DNA of 64,000 nt from Phoronis australis. Taxonomy: Eukaryota; Animalia; Phoronida. Position numbers and translations under genes: made by a program. Positions 11,901 through 22,485 of the stretch are shown here, piece after piece; positions within the stretch are counted from its first letter, which is position 1, and each line of letters starts with the position of its first letter. Location of the stretch: the NCBI GenBank assembly GCA_002633005.1, contig NMRA01000653.1, positions 1 to 64,000 of the forward strand, in the 5' to 3' direction. Below the pieces are notes generated by a model. It saw only the letters and a list, made by a program, of their open reading frames with translations, was not told where the DNA came from and made no database searches.

Positions 11901-14900
11901 ACAAACATCCGCTTTTTCAGCTACATGTAAATAATACGATTCTATCATCACACCCAAAAGCGGTGTTGGTTGTCGGCATACATGTACACTTGTATTGCCG
12001 ATAATTTTGAGTTGATGTTAAAGCAAGTGAAAAGATGCTATTCGAAATAACCTTAAATATCGGAAATATATGTATGTAATTAATCTTTGAAATTTCTTGG
12101 ACGTCCTATCTGCATTCTCTAAAAATGACTCAAACCACCTACCCTGACGAATCTGTCAGAGTTCCGTAGACGCAATGAACTGAGCACCTACTTCGCTTGT
12201 AATACATGGCGATATATCGCAGACGTGCCTGATTTTGCATTTCTCGACGTTCTCGCACATCTAATCTCACCTTGTTTCTTTTACACATTACAGTGCGTGT
12301 CATTTCTAGGCTTGGAAAGAACTTGTAGTTCGCTAGTGTTTGGAGGTGTTTCTAAGTCACGTGTCGTAAATTACCAGGCGGGTCAAAGCAACTTATTGAG
12401 CGTGGCATGCTTTGTGAAAACCCGAAAACCTGGTAATAACGCAAAATTTCTCGAGGTGTCGCCATGCATTACAAGCTAAATATGTAATCACACTTGCTTC
12501 AATCGCAAGAATCTTATGTCTACCTGCCTACCTGGTCAAGATTGACAATTTTTGCAGCAGGCGGTTCTGTAGCAGCTTCAGTGGTAAAGGCTTTCTCAAA
12601 AAATTTGGCGATCTGGGTCTGAGACCGACAAGCTTTTCTAAAGAATTGACTCGTACGATGGCGCCAATATTGCCCGCTTTAAAAAAATGTACAATTCCAT
12701 AGGCAATTTTGGTTGGTCTTAGTTTATCCACACGATTGATTAGAATTCAATAGCTTCAGCATACCTTCAAGGTAACAGAGAACTGGTTTGAAGTGTTTTC
12801 TGTAGTCCCGTTTGCTGTAGTCCTGATTCTTCCACGCTTTGAACCACTCCTTCATTTCCGCAATTTGAGCTTTCACCGTAGGTTGTTGTTTTACCTGGGC
12901 AAATGGTTGTGATCATTGTGTAAGCCCACGAGGGCTTTTTCCTTATTTGGTAAAGGATGGATACAATTAAAAACTCTGATGGAGGCATTTGAAATATTAC
13001 AGAAAAAAATCGAGAATTTACGAGTGGAATCAATTCCATGGCCGTTAGAGGAATCCGTGCCCCGTTGCATGAAACAGTCCCAAATAGGGGCTCAACTAAG
13101 TTCCCTAAGTCTTTGGCACATTTGCTTCGTTCTTCACTCGCAGATGTTAAATTTTTCTATTGCTTTATCTTGATTATGAGCTCCTCGTCGTCTATAAGGA
13201 CATTTTCAATAATATAACTAAAAACTGAGCTCTATAATAATTAGGGACTTAGTTCTTAAATTTGGTGCGTTGCATGAAAAGATCCCCTGTTAATTTCACT
13301 AATATTGAGCATTCAACAAAGAGTTCACTCAAGATTTGTATCAAAGTCTAAAATTGACTTGGTAATGAGACTCAAACAGCATAAGACGGGACTATCAGTG
13401 TTTTCACAAGCACAAAAATATGCAGTACATTAAGGGAAATTTATTGTGTCCCTGTTTGAGACAGTTTTATGCAACCAGGCACTGGTTACCAGGACTAGAA
13501 CTTAAGCACCAGCAAGGTACAGTACATGTAGCATTTCCGGCACGTGGCTAAGCCCACGCTGCAGAAACCATAAACGAGCCGAGCAGATGATGTCGGTACG
13601 TCGCAGCAGGTGAGAACAAGCTAATCTGTCAGAGAAGAGAAAATCAGTGGTTGCGCAATAACACAGACCGATCCCTCCGGTTATCTTGTCATACATGTAT
13701 GGACATCAGTGCATGTGTTAAGACAACTCCCTCTGGATCGACCCATTATGGAAATGTCAACCACGGGATCTGTCCAAATTATGTATGGGGCCATATATTC
13801 TGATGTCACACTCGGGATCGGTCCATAGCCGTACAGTAGATAAATCCCCATACGCATGATAAGTAACAAAAGAGGCGATATTTGTCACCTGGAAATAACA
13901 ATGTTAATACCTGTGTATGACCTGGAAGATAACGTGTTTACAAGAATGGCAAAGGCCAATATCGATGAATAAATGGTCATTATAGGTCTACTTATTCAGC
14001 GACATTACCCGAATGACGGTTGCAAATTCAGATTCAGACAATCGAATTTATTCAACTTACAGCGTAAGGTACTTCAGGGAATGGTATTTCTTCAATGGCA
14101 CCCCATTGTTTGCTCTTCGTGCTGGGCATGCGCAAACCATAGTCGTTGTGCCTCGTTCTGAATTCGACGCCATTAAGGACAGCAACGAATTCTCCCAGCC
14201 CCACTGTGCGGATGTTGTTGGCGTGATCGTGTATTGAAGCTACCTTTCTCCCAACCCACGTATCTGCGTGGTAAGGACGCGTGCCGCCGCTGCCTATCCG
14301 AACTTGCTTAATGCCTAAACATCCAAGAAAAACAAAAATAAAGACGATGAGGTTGGCCAGCAATGAAATATGTCAAATAAACACAGAAAAATCAGGAACC
14401 CGAAGTGGGAGTCGAAACACAGATCTCTAGATTGCCGGTCTAGTGCTCTCACTACTGAGCTACTGAGCACAAACGTCTCCATAAGCATTGGTTGTACATT
14501 GGTATTGCACTTTTTCTCCATTGCAGTTATTGTTGTGAAATCACATGCTTAAGGAGCTGAGAGTTTTACAGAATGTTTCTAGATTCAACAAATTGACTGT
14601 GTGATAGTTGTTTCACTGGACTAAAACAAACATTGAACGAGGTAGAATCTTTCAATTCAGTGAAACTGCACGAGCAATAGTTTTGGTCTGCTAAGAACTC
14701 ATTCCAAAGGTGACCCAAGAATGTCCTCGCGCGTTTCTTTATTAATTATCTCGAGATCCCGTGAAGCTTTTCCCCAGTGTGTCGCTGTAGGTTTACAGTC
14801 GTCTGGCGCGTTGCACTGCCACGCCACCTGCATTGACTGCAGAAAGAATGATTCGCACAGTTTTTCGTTTCACCACGAAGTCACTAGTAATACTTTTGTG

Positions 14901-17900
14901 GTGCAAGAATCTATAACCATATTGCTGTCCTAGCATCGATATTTGTCGGTCTATGAAACCAATTTTTGATATCATCATTGTCTGAATAATTGCTACGACG
15001 TGCGAGCCATAGTCTTGACACCAAACGCCGAAGATGCCTAACGCTAATAATAGTACCAAAGTGATGCCTGAGCATGTCTATAGTTTCTTTTTGCGGCAGC
15101 CCCAAATTTAAAAGATTTCTAACAGATTCATCTTTATCCAAAGTGGAATATTCTTGGTAACAGAAATAAAGCTTATCACGTGACAATAATAGATCTAACT
15201 CTGTTTTTGTTTTTCAGCCAGCAAAACTTTTGTCTAGTAGCACTGCAGTTTTAAGCGGAAAGAGTATTTTTAAAATCACCCCATTAACATCTGACATATT
15301 AACATCATACACGTAAATCTGTCGTGTCGTGATGAATCTAAGTTCTGTCCTTAATCCCAAACGCGTTGAATCTGATGAGTGCAATACGGCCATGTGATAT
15401 TGTTTTCCCTATTCATATCCCGCACTACTTCAACAGTGACCTCTGACATGGAAAGTTCAAAACGTAGGTCAACGTCGACTCGACATCGTTAGCCGGTTCA
15501 ATCATCATACTTTCCGAAATTAGTTTAAGTAATACAATTGCAGCAGTGCAAATGACACTAAACATACAACCAGATCCAAAACGTAACACCTAGAACAAAA
15601 CTGTTAATTATAAGACCCTTCTGTCTAAGTTTTCAATGGGTACATATTTTATCGTCTTTAACTCAGGCGTCGATTCCTCGTATCTAAAATATGAAATATG
15701 GTTGTTATTTAACTATTTTCAGGGAAATATTACAAGTATTGCGAGTTCAATGCAGAGTTATTGTTGTTTTCATGTTTGTTATCTCTTTTCAAGTAATAAA
15801 CCCTTACATTTAAAACTGTTCTTTTACTAGAGAAAACTTTGCAACCTAACGTTTAATTACATACATAAAAGATGTGATTCACCACTTGAACTATTTAAAA
15901 ATCTGCAGAAAAAATGAAAGAAACTAAGGAATTCGAAGGCTAGGGAATAAACACAAAACGTACCCTGATTGACGTAGATGAAGTAATATCCCACTCGACA
16001 TTATTCCGCGATACGAAGAATAATTTGTCGTGGGATATTACTTCATCCACGCCATTCTCGGTACGTTTAGTGTTATTCGTCAAATCATGTTATCTGATCT
16101 GTTGGCAGATGGAAGTTCTAAGCAAAAGCGTTGTCATTGATGTTTTGTTGCAGTAATATTGCTTCCTAACATCTCTACTGATTGTGTGGGTTAAGATTGA
16201 GGATGGCCCTGATTACTTGTCCTGATGATGATGTTTGAGACTTCGAAACATGTTGAAGTTGAATAATATGACTTGCTTTATTATTGTCACTTACTTTTCT
16301 TCGTTGAGACCACAAGCGTTATATCGGGTTTCACGCCAGATAGGATCGCATGTGCACGTTGAAAGGTGAATTATTTATCTTATTACGTTAAATGTTGAAA
16401 CTTTTCTGGTACAACAGCCATTTGAATTATTTGATAAAATGAAATGCACATCAGGGTGTCATGGCTCAGAACAATGGGGTTTTAAGGAGACGCACTTGCG
16501 TAGAATTATTTTTGAAGTACAATGTAAGGAGGAACCGCCAGCTTTATTATTACAGTTTTGTTGGAGTGGTACAAGCTCAACAACATTTCGGTAAGGATGA
16601 CGCCGAAATCTTAGTTTACCTGGAGAACATTTATTATCTGACAGAACTTGCCTGCAGCCCAAATTACATGTATATGCTGTTGTGCAAGAAAATTCGTGAT
16701 CTACATCGTCTCTTCCTTTAACAGATTCAACAGTGAGACACAAGTACATAGGCGGATTTAGGGGGGGGGCCCAGGGGGCCCGGNNNNNNNNNNNNNNNNN
16801 NNNNNNNNNNNNNNNNNNNNNNNNNNNNNNNNNNNNNNNNNNNNNNNNNNNNNNNNNNNNNNNNNNNNNNNNNNNNNNNNNNNNNNNNNNNNNNNNNNNN
16901 NNNNNNNNNNNNNNNNNNNNNNNNNNNNNNNNNNNNNNNNNNNNNNNNNNNNNNNNNNNNNNNNNNNNNNNNNNNNNNNNNNNNNNNNNNNNNNNNNNNN
17001 NNNNNNNNNNNNNNNNNNNNNNNNNNNNNNNNNNNNNNNNNNNNNNNNNNNNNNNNNNNNNNNNNNNNNNNNNNNNNNNNNNNNNNNNNNNNNNNNNNNN
17101 NNNNNNNNNNNNNNNNNNNNNNNNNNNNNNNNNNNNNNNNNNNNNNNNNNNNNNNNNNNNNNNNNNNNNNNNNNNNNNNNNNNNNNNNNNNNNNNNNNNN
17201 NNNNNNNNNNNNNNNNNNNNNNNNNNNNNNNNNNNNNNNNNNNNNNNNNNNNNNNNNNNNNNNNNNNNNNNNNNNNNNNNNNNNNNNNNNNNNNNNNNNN
17301 NNNNNNNNNNNNNNNNNNNNNNNNNNNNNNNNNNNNNNNNNNNNNNNNNNNNNNNNNNNNNNNNNNNNNNNNNNNNNNNNNNNNNNNNNNNNNNNNNNNN
17401 NNNNNNNNNCTATGCGCATCTACAATCGTGGTTCAGTTTGCGCAAATGCTTCCAGCCGGACAAAATGTTGGGCCCCCCCTTGTGATATCCTAGATCCGCC
17501 ACTGAAGTACGCAGCAATTTTAAACTGTTTCCATCAGTTTTTGAGGGCCATTCGCGGGTTTCTGAGTTTTTGTCCTAGTCCAACTGAGGTGACCGGCTCA
17601 AACGTTTTGAACGTTTATTTTTTGTTGCGACGTTTTTTTCATCACCGACGGGCCCCCTTCACTGCCACGTGTCTTGGGGTTGTGGGCCCTCCTGTCCACC
17701 TCCTCTCGACGCCCCTGGCCATGAATTCAGTTTAGTTTGCAACGAATGTTTATTCCAACTAGTTCGAGTATTCGTTGTGAAAACCATGATTTACTAGTTA
17801 AGAACGCTGAGATATGAAAACAGACTGTGTTGATAGAATCGAGATATGTCAAGATAATTACGCCGGGCCTCTCGTGATTCCAAAATAAATAAGATTGGGA

Positions 17901-18857
17901 TCTCGCGGTCCCGAAATAAATATGCCACGATTTCGAGCTCCTGATGTCCCAAGATAATTAAGTCGGAATCTCAAGATCCTGAGATACATAAAAAAGAATG
18001 CGCGATGTCATCTTTGTCATGTCGAAACATTTCCATCTTCGTTCTAATGTCAAGGGGTCAGTTTCACGAACGGTGGCTCGAGAATTAAGACAGAAATTTG
18101 ACCTGACACTCCACACAACTATTTTAAAAGGTAATTATATGTCACTGTTTCAGTGTTATTTAGATTGTTTCTGTAAATGCTTCCAGACTGTGGAACGCTC
18201 ATTACTTGGCTAAACGTTTCTTCAAACCTGCGAAGTGGGGGAGTATGAAATCAAATTTCTTTCTGGGTCCCTAAAGTTAGTTTTAAAAGAAACAAGGCCA
18301 TGGGTTGTGTTCAAAAGATTTTAAACTCTTTATAACAAAATAGGTTATCAATGGAAACGAACTTTTCATACGCATATGCATGAGCGGCGTACCATAGGGG
18401 ACTGGGGGGCTACAACCCTCCCCCAGTCCCCTATCTAGCCCCACTTGTTCAGTGCAGCACCGCCCACGGTCTAGGGAATGAAGTTCTTATACGCACACGC
18501 TTTTTTTTCTATTGAATTTACACTGTATGTAACGAATCGACATAAAACTAAGCAGCTCGTGGTTCTGTTTTCACTTTATTTTCGAGATTTGAAAGAGTAA
18601 AAGGAAAAGCTGTTAGTTTGTACCTATTACTTCAACTAAATTTTTATGCTCAGATAAGTTGGGAATTGTTTTCATAAATAACCTGAGTCGCCCTCTGATC
18701 GTATTCTTTCTTCGATGGCAAGTTGTTGCAGAATCAATTGGCGTGCTAGAGACTTGATGACGTCCGTCTGTTTCTTGTCCACGTCATTCTTGCTTATGGC
18801 CGCCGGTGAGCACATGCCCACCAGAGCAATGACAAATGCCAGGATTGAGAGCGACAT
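2997..18857 (-). CDS. Paralogue A: uncharacterised secreted protein, 12 coding exons, 681 aa, C-terminal HxH/Cys module
   Basis: Exons (minus): 18857-18683, 14314-14061, 12894-12765, 10202-10086, 9368-9095, 8188-8064, 7125-7013, 6078-5938, 4962-4798, 4261-4093, 3776-3655, 3257-2997. All introns are GT-AG and phases are consistent (1,0,1,1,2,1,0,0,0,1,0). Total 2046 nt with no internal stop seen. Signal peptide MSLSILAFVIALVGMCSPA. Every exon has a homologue in copies B and C. Confidence 0.9.
4558..4713. mobile_element. hAT-type MITE (156 bp) in intron 9 of copy A
   Basis: Perfect 14-bp TIR CAGTGCTGTAGTGG...CCACTACAGCACTG with 8-bp TSD GTGTTTGT (4550-4557, 4714-4721). Absent at the paralogous site in copy B (~32180). 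Confidence 0.88.
7466..7974. mobile_element. ~510-bp non-autonomous TIR element specific to copy A
   Basis: Imperfect TIR CATTACGGTGTTTTCCCGTT / AACGGGAAAACGCTGTCATG. The empty site ctatgaaaagt is seen in copy B (~34886). The TSD is not clearly resolved. Confidence 0.6.
9380..10000 (+). mobile_element. Penelope-like element (PLE) reverse-transcriptase fragment, degenerate, antisense in intron 4 of copy A
   Basis: Translates across frameshifts as LTKEHCIAAKQLRDNDDIVIRKSNK..VIMNKKEY, LYGNPKTHKLGYPLRPIISQV, TYEIAKTLDKLIK and LDVESLFTTVPL. These are the PLE RT N-terminal motifs (YGxPKxHK..PLRPIIS; DVxSLFTNVP). Confidence 0.85.
9751..9779. mobile_element. 29-bp palindromic micro-insertion with 7-bp target duplication
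   Basis: CTAGGAACC...GGATTCCTAG flanked by CCCCTAC at 9744-9750 and 9780-9786. Absent in copy B (36661-36676). Confidence 0.6.
14396..14468 (-). mobile_element. tRNA-derived SINE head / tRNA pseudogene (copy A-specific)
   Basis: Minus strand reads GCTCAGTAGCTCAGTAGTGAGAGCA-CTAGA-CCGGCAA-TCTAG-AGATCTGTGTTTCGACTCCCAC. It shows an A box, an anticodon-like stem-loop and a degenerate B box, but a poor acceptor stem. Absent in copy B. Confidence 0.6.
14770..15186 (-). mobile_element. Degenerate N-terminal fragment of an IS3EU-like (integrase-core) transposase in intron 1 of copy A
   Basis: Two frameshifted ORFs give LGLPQKETIDMLRHHFGTIISVRHLRRLVSRLWLARR and GQQYGYRFLH...VKRKTVRIILSAVNAGGVAVQRARRL. 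This resembles the HTH / 'GYR.M...V.RETVR..L..LDP.GV..R..RRL' region preceding the DDE core of such transposases. The catalytic core is absent. Confidence 0.6.
15945..16078. repeat. ~134-bp imperfect palindrome (hairpin) inside a copy-A-specific insertion
   Basis: GAATAAACACAAAACGTACC..GATGAAGTAATATCCCAC..TTATTC pairs with GAATAA..GTGGGATATTACTTCATC..GGTACGTTTAGTGTTATTC. Confidence 0.8.
16747..17504. mobile_element. MITE/DNA transposon with CA(T/G)(A/T)GGCGGAT(T/C)TAG TIRs and 5-bp TSD; interior is an assembly gap
   Basis: Left end CATAGGCGGATTTAGG, right end CCTAGATCCGCCACTG. TSD AAGTA at 16742-16746 and 17505-17509. The empty site gagacac-aagta-cgcagc is in copy B at ~43813-43830. Confidence 0.85.
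16784..17409. other. Assembly gap (N run)
   Basis: Run of n characters. Confidence 0.99.
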
Positions 18858-19512
18858 CTACAATTGAAACCATTAATATGGGAGCATTACATGCGTGAAA
18901 TCTGGAAAAAGCTACTTTTTAAAATCTCGTTTTGTATGTCGTTTGATAAAAAATAAGGAGGTTATTTGAAAGTCAAATGCGATAAACTAACTCCTAATTT
19001 TACTGAAGGCGATGCAAAATTTCGTATTTGTGGAAAGCAAAAACGGAAACGGTCGGTTAAAGTCCTATAAAAACATGCTCCCGCAGTTGCCAAGAAAACA
19101 AGCTCTTCTCTCACCTTTCGCCCTCCGAATGATAGCTCTCCAACATGTTCCCTGCAATAAAGCGTCATGCGAGCGTGATCCCACACAATCGCAGCCGCCC
19201 ATCATAACACTGAATTTTGATAATTGTGATTAAATTTCAGGGGCGTCGCCGTCATACATGCAAAGTCACACGTGCCTACTACAGAATTGGGCGTGGCGAG
19301 GACTCGAAAAAATTCGAGACTGCGCGTTCTTTCAGATGCTGTAGGCCAACTATAACTCTAGCCTGCTCACATGCAAACTAAGTTTCTTTTCCCTTTGGCT
19401 TCGAGTTGTAGACTGATTTAATAATTTTAAACCTTGGACTGATTTCGTCAAACACGGGGCTCATCCGTCCGTACATTCCGTGTTTAGTCTAAAGACAATG
19501 AACTATTGTGAC

Positions 19513-19567
19513 ACTTACTTGTAAGAACTGGTTCCTAGCACGTAGAATTTGCTCTGGTGTTATATAT
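19513..19567 (-). promoter_or_regulatory. Putative core promoter and very short non-coding first exon of copy A
   Basis: Minus strand: TATATAA (19566-19560), Inr-like CCAGTT (19531-19526), then donor GTAAGT (19518-19513). The block is nearly identical in copy B. The ATG of A is immediately preceded by an acceptor (ttgtAG|ATG). Confidence 0.5.
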
Positions 19568-21429
19568 GTCTAGTTTTTCTCAGTATTTAGTAAGATGTTC
19601 CTACTTAATATCATCCGTGAGTGTGTTAACATTATTCTGCGAATTAAAATTCTCAGCCATAAAGAATGGGATCTTGCCTACAAATGAAGTTCAGTTTGTG
19701 CGTGCACATGTATATGACACACTTGCGCGTGTTAGAGATTTTCTTCAGATTTGTCAATGAAAAAATTAAGTCACGCTAAATCATGAGCATGTTGGCCACC
19801 ATCGTTGTTTTCGCTTTCTCTACTACCATTACGCTCGTCATTATCGAGTAAAGTTAGTTCTAATCCAAATGTAACCAGATCGGAACACATGCGCCGTGAG
19901 AACTGACATCTGGTCACGTGGCTTATATCAACATCCACAGATAAGCTGTCACGACCTACGCCTATGATTATATATCCAGGTAGGGTTTGGTTTGTAATTG
20001 AGGAATTGTGAGCAAATGTTCTAGACAATAACAATGCTGTTGGCTTCCATTTGAATTTCAGTGCACAAACGTTTTGAAAGTGCCTTACACATTGTATTAA
20101 ATTGTGCACATAATTAAGAATGGTGAGTTTACCTCTCCAAACACAGTCTATGGTCGAATTTGGAAGTACGCTCGTTTCAAGGCTTTCAGAAGATTGTACT
20201 AAACATCGGTGAATGTATTTTTCCTACCACTGTTCACTACGAGTCTCAGTAGTTTAAAATCACTTTCACTGACGAAACTTAGGATTTAAAAAAATATTGC
20301 TCTGTGCTAATATTCTGCAGAAGAAAGACTTCAGACAATATCTTCCACAGGCGTAACGTAAAAACCTGCAAAAACTAAGCTCACGTATTCGCTAATTGCA
20401 TGCATATCCTGTAAGATCCAGTTACATTTCACTGCGGTATTAAGTAATACGTGCGACAGATAGGATCATCTCACAACGGAATGTGTGTCGTTGTAAACGT
20501 ATGCGACACGAGAACATGGGCGGGTGGACAATCGTTTCCCTTTTGAAAACCATAGCTCAAAGTTTAGATTTTTGCAATTTTGTGAAAATGTCACTTCCGC
20601 CACCATAGTTTCACTTCTTACAAGAGTTCATTTTTATTCCGTTTATTTTTTTCGTCTTCCACCGTTTGTTGATGAATTTCAAGATATTTCGGCAAAATGA
20701 ATCTAATTTGTGCAGACTGATACCCTCATATTTTTAAACAAAAATGTTTCAACAAAGCGAGACAATGAGGTACAACCGAATCCTGAAATGGAATCAAAGC
20801 AACATCGAGGTCAATTTCTGAGCTCGTTTGCATAAAATTTGGATAGCAGCAATGACAACGCACGAGTCTGAACAATGTACTAATTGCCCCCTCCTAACAA
20901 TTTATTCAGGGGATAAATTTTGAAGTTGTTTGCATCCCAATCCGGACGGATTAACTTTTACTCATTCCGCTATTGACTACCATCGTCTATAGCAAAGTGT
21001 CTATCTAAATGACGCAAATGACGTTAACGGACACAATTTTAACGAATAATATTTAAAGTTACATTTTGCCTTGCTGGCTAAAAACAAAATCGTGTTCGGC
21101 ATTGAATACCAATACAACCAGTCTCGTAATGTTCCTTGCAGTGAGGATTCCATTTCGTTACCATTATAAACGGTGAAACCATCGGTGTCCCAAAAAACGC
21201 TCGAGACTTTATTGGGGATGGCTAAACTTGAAATTGTGAGTGGTGCATATACAGTATATTCATTACCTGTGGGTTGAGTTCATAGAAATGAGAATCCAAT
21301 CATAGTAAGGAATGTAATTAGACCAATTTTATGAGAGTAAGTAAAAGGTTTAAATCCATTTTTTGTCTTTAGCCAGTTAAATAAGGTGGAATACAGCTTT
21401 TCAGTCTCCTAATATTGTATCGCATTTAG

Positions 21430-21750
21430 ATGAAGGTTCTATGCTCTTCTTGTCGCCCTTGTGGTCGTAGTGTCGTCTACTTCAGCGCAGAATGCTGAGA
21501 ACTTCTCGAAGACGGGTGTGATCAAATCTCTAGCCAGACAAACCATCTTACAGCAACTTTACATGGAGGAACGCATCCGGACTGAAAGGGATTTGGTGAG
21601 AAATTGAATACACACGTCTGTTTTGTTACAAACACGGTGGAAACTGTCTTTCTTGCGATTTGATTCTTTTTAATTTTAGGAGTTATATCCGTGTGTTCAG
21701 TTGTAAAGTCAATTATTCTCGTTTTGCTGTAGTAATGACTGGGACGTTTT
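21430..21750 (+). pseudogene. Truncated, frameshifted duplicate of exon 1 (plus start of intron 1) of paralogue C
   Basis: Aligns to 47723-48062. A 2-nt deletion after ATG AAG GTT CTA shifts the frame to an early TGA, and there is a 1-nt loss before the GTGAG donor. No exons 2-12 follow; similarity ends at 21750. Confidence 0.88.
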
Positions 21751-22230
21751 CGGCACTAAACAGAAAAAGCGGTCCCATTTTAAACCACCCTAACTTCTTT
21801 AATTTTTAACTCAGAATCATAATTTCAGTATCCATATGTTCACTAGGTAGATAGAAATTGGTTTGTATTGTTGGTTTTGTCAAACTTTTACTCAAATTTC
21901 AATTAATCGATCGACTTTGAATTCAGATTTTTGCCAACTTTATCACCAGTCGGTTACTCGTACAGTGACGGCTTCGAGATTCTTGACGGCGGTTGTGTGT
22001 ATCCATTTACATGGTAAGAGATGCATCACAATGACACAGAAGGAAAATCCGGATAAACCTCGTCGCTTTGTGCATCGATACTTAACTCATTTGTTTCGAG
22101 TCCCAGTTGGGGTTCCTGATTTGTGTGTGTTTATTTGAAAAGTTTTACTGTTATCAGGTACTTTCCAAAATGCTTACTTTCCGCCATCATCAATTTGACA
22201 CTCGGCTCATTGTGAGAGCTCAGCAGACTA

Positions 22231-22455
22231 GGATCTCGAGGGTTATGATCCCAAAAGTGGCACGAGTTCGATGAAGATTCGTTCTATGGGTGTGGGTCAA
22301 GTTTGCCTTCTCTTGAATACTTTCGGTCTCCAAGAATAAACTGATGAGTTCCGGCGTTCAGAGCTAATAGATGGCAGTATGTTACTGCACTTGGATAAGC
22401 AAGTAATGGTGGAAGACTTGGGAATGAGACCTCTGCATGCTATCACTCTTTTGTC
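22231..22455 (+). pseudogene. Broken duplicate of the SAM-domain exon
   Basis: Matches 1439-1660 but lacks ~390 bp including the splice acceptor. It has an in-frame TAA (caagaaTAAact), indels, and is cut off at ~22456 by an insertion. Confidence 0.8.
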
Positions 22456-22485
22456 GCCCGGCTTATGACTGACGGCTTACATGTA

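Larger units (their letters stand above)
961..21750. repeat. Segmental tandem duplication, unit 1 (paralogous to 22143-48062)
   Basis: Colinear similarity by eye: 961-1047 to 22143-22229, 1439-1660 to 22231-22455, and 1675-21750 to 29210-48062. Identity looks roughly 85-98% depending on segment, with copy-specific insertions. Confidence 0.92.

Noticed and set aside
14396-14468. Functional tRNA gene
   Set aside because: The acceptor stem does not pair well, the D-loop GG and T-loop are degenerate, and it is a copy-specific insertion. Better explained as a SINE head.
16461-16721. 86-aa plus-strand ORF with a counterpart at 43488-43777
   Set aside because: Frames are not conserved between the duplicates and no motif was recognised. 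Probably decayed repeat sequence.
16727-17485. 230-250-aa ORFs in the track
   Set aside because: Artefacts of translating through the N gap.
21128-21152. Iron-responsive element around CAGTGA upstream of the C-type start
   Set aside because: The flanks do not form the 5-bp upper stem with a bulged C, and the intact gene C has TAGTGA at this position.
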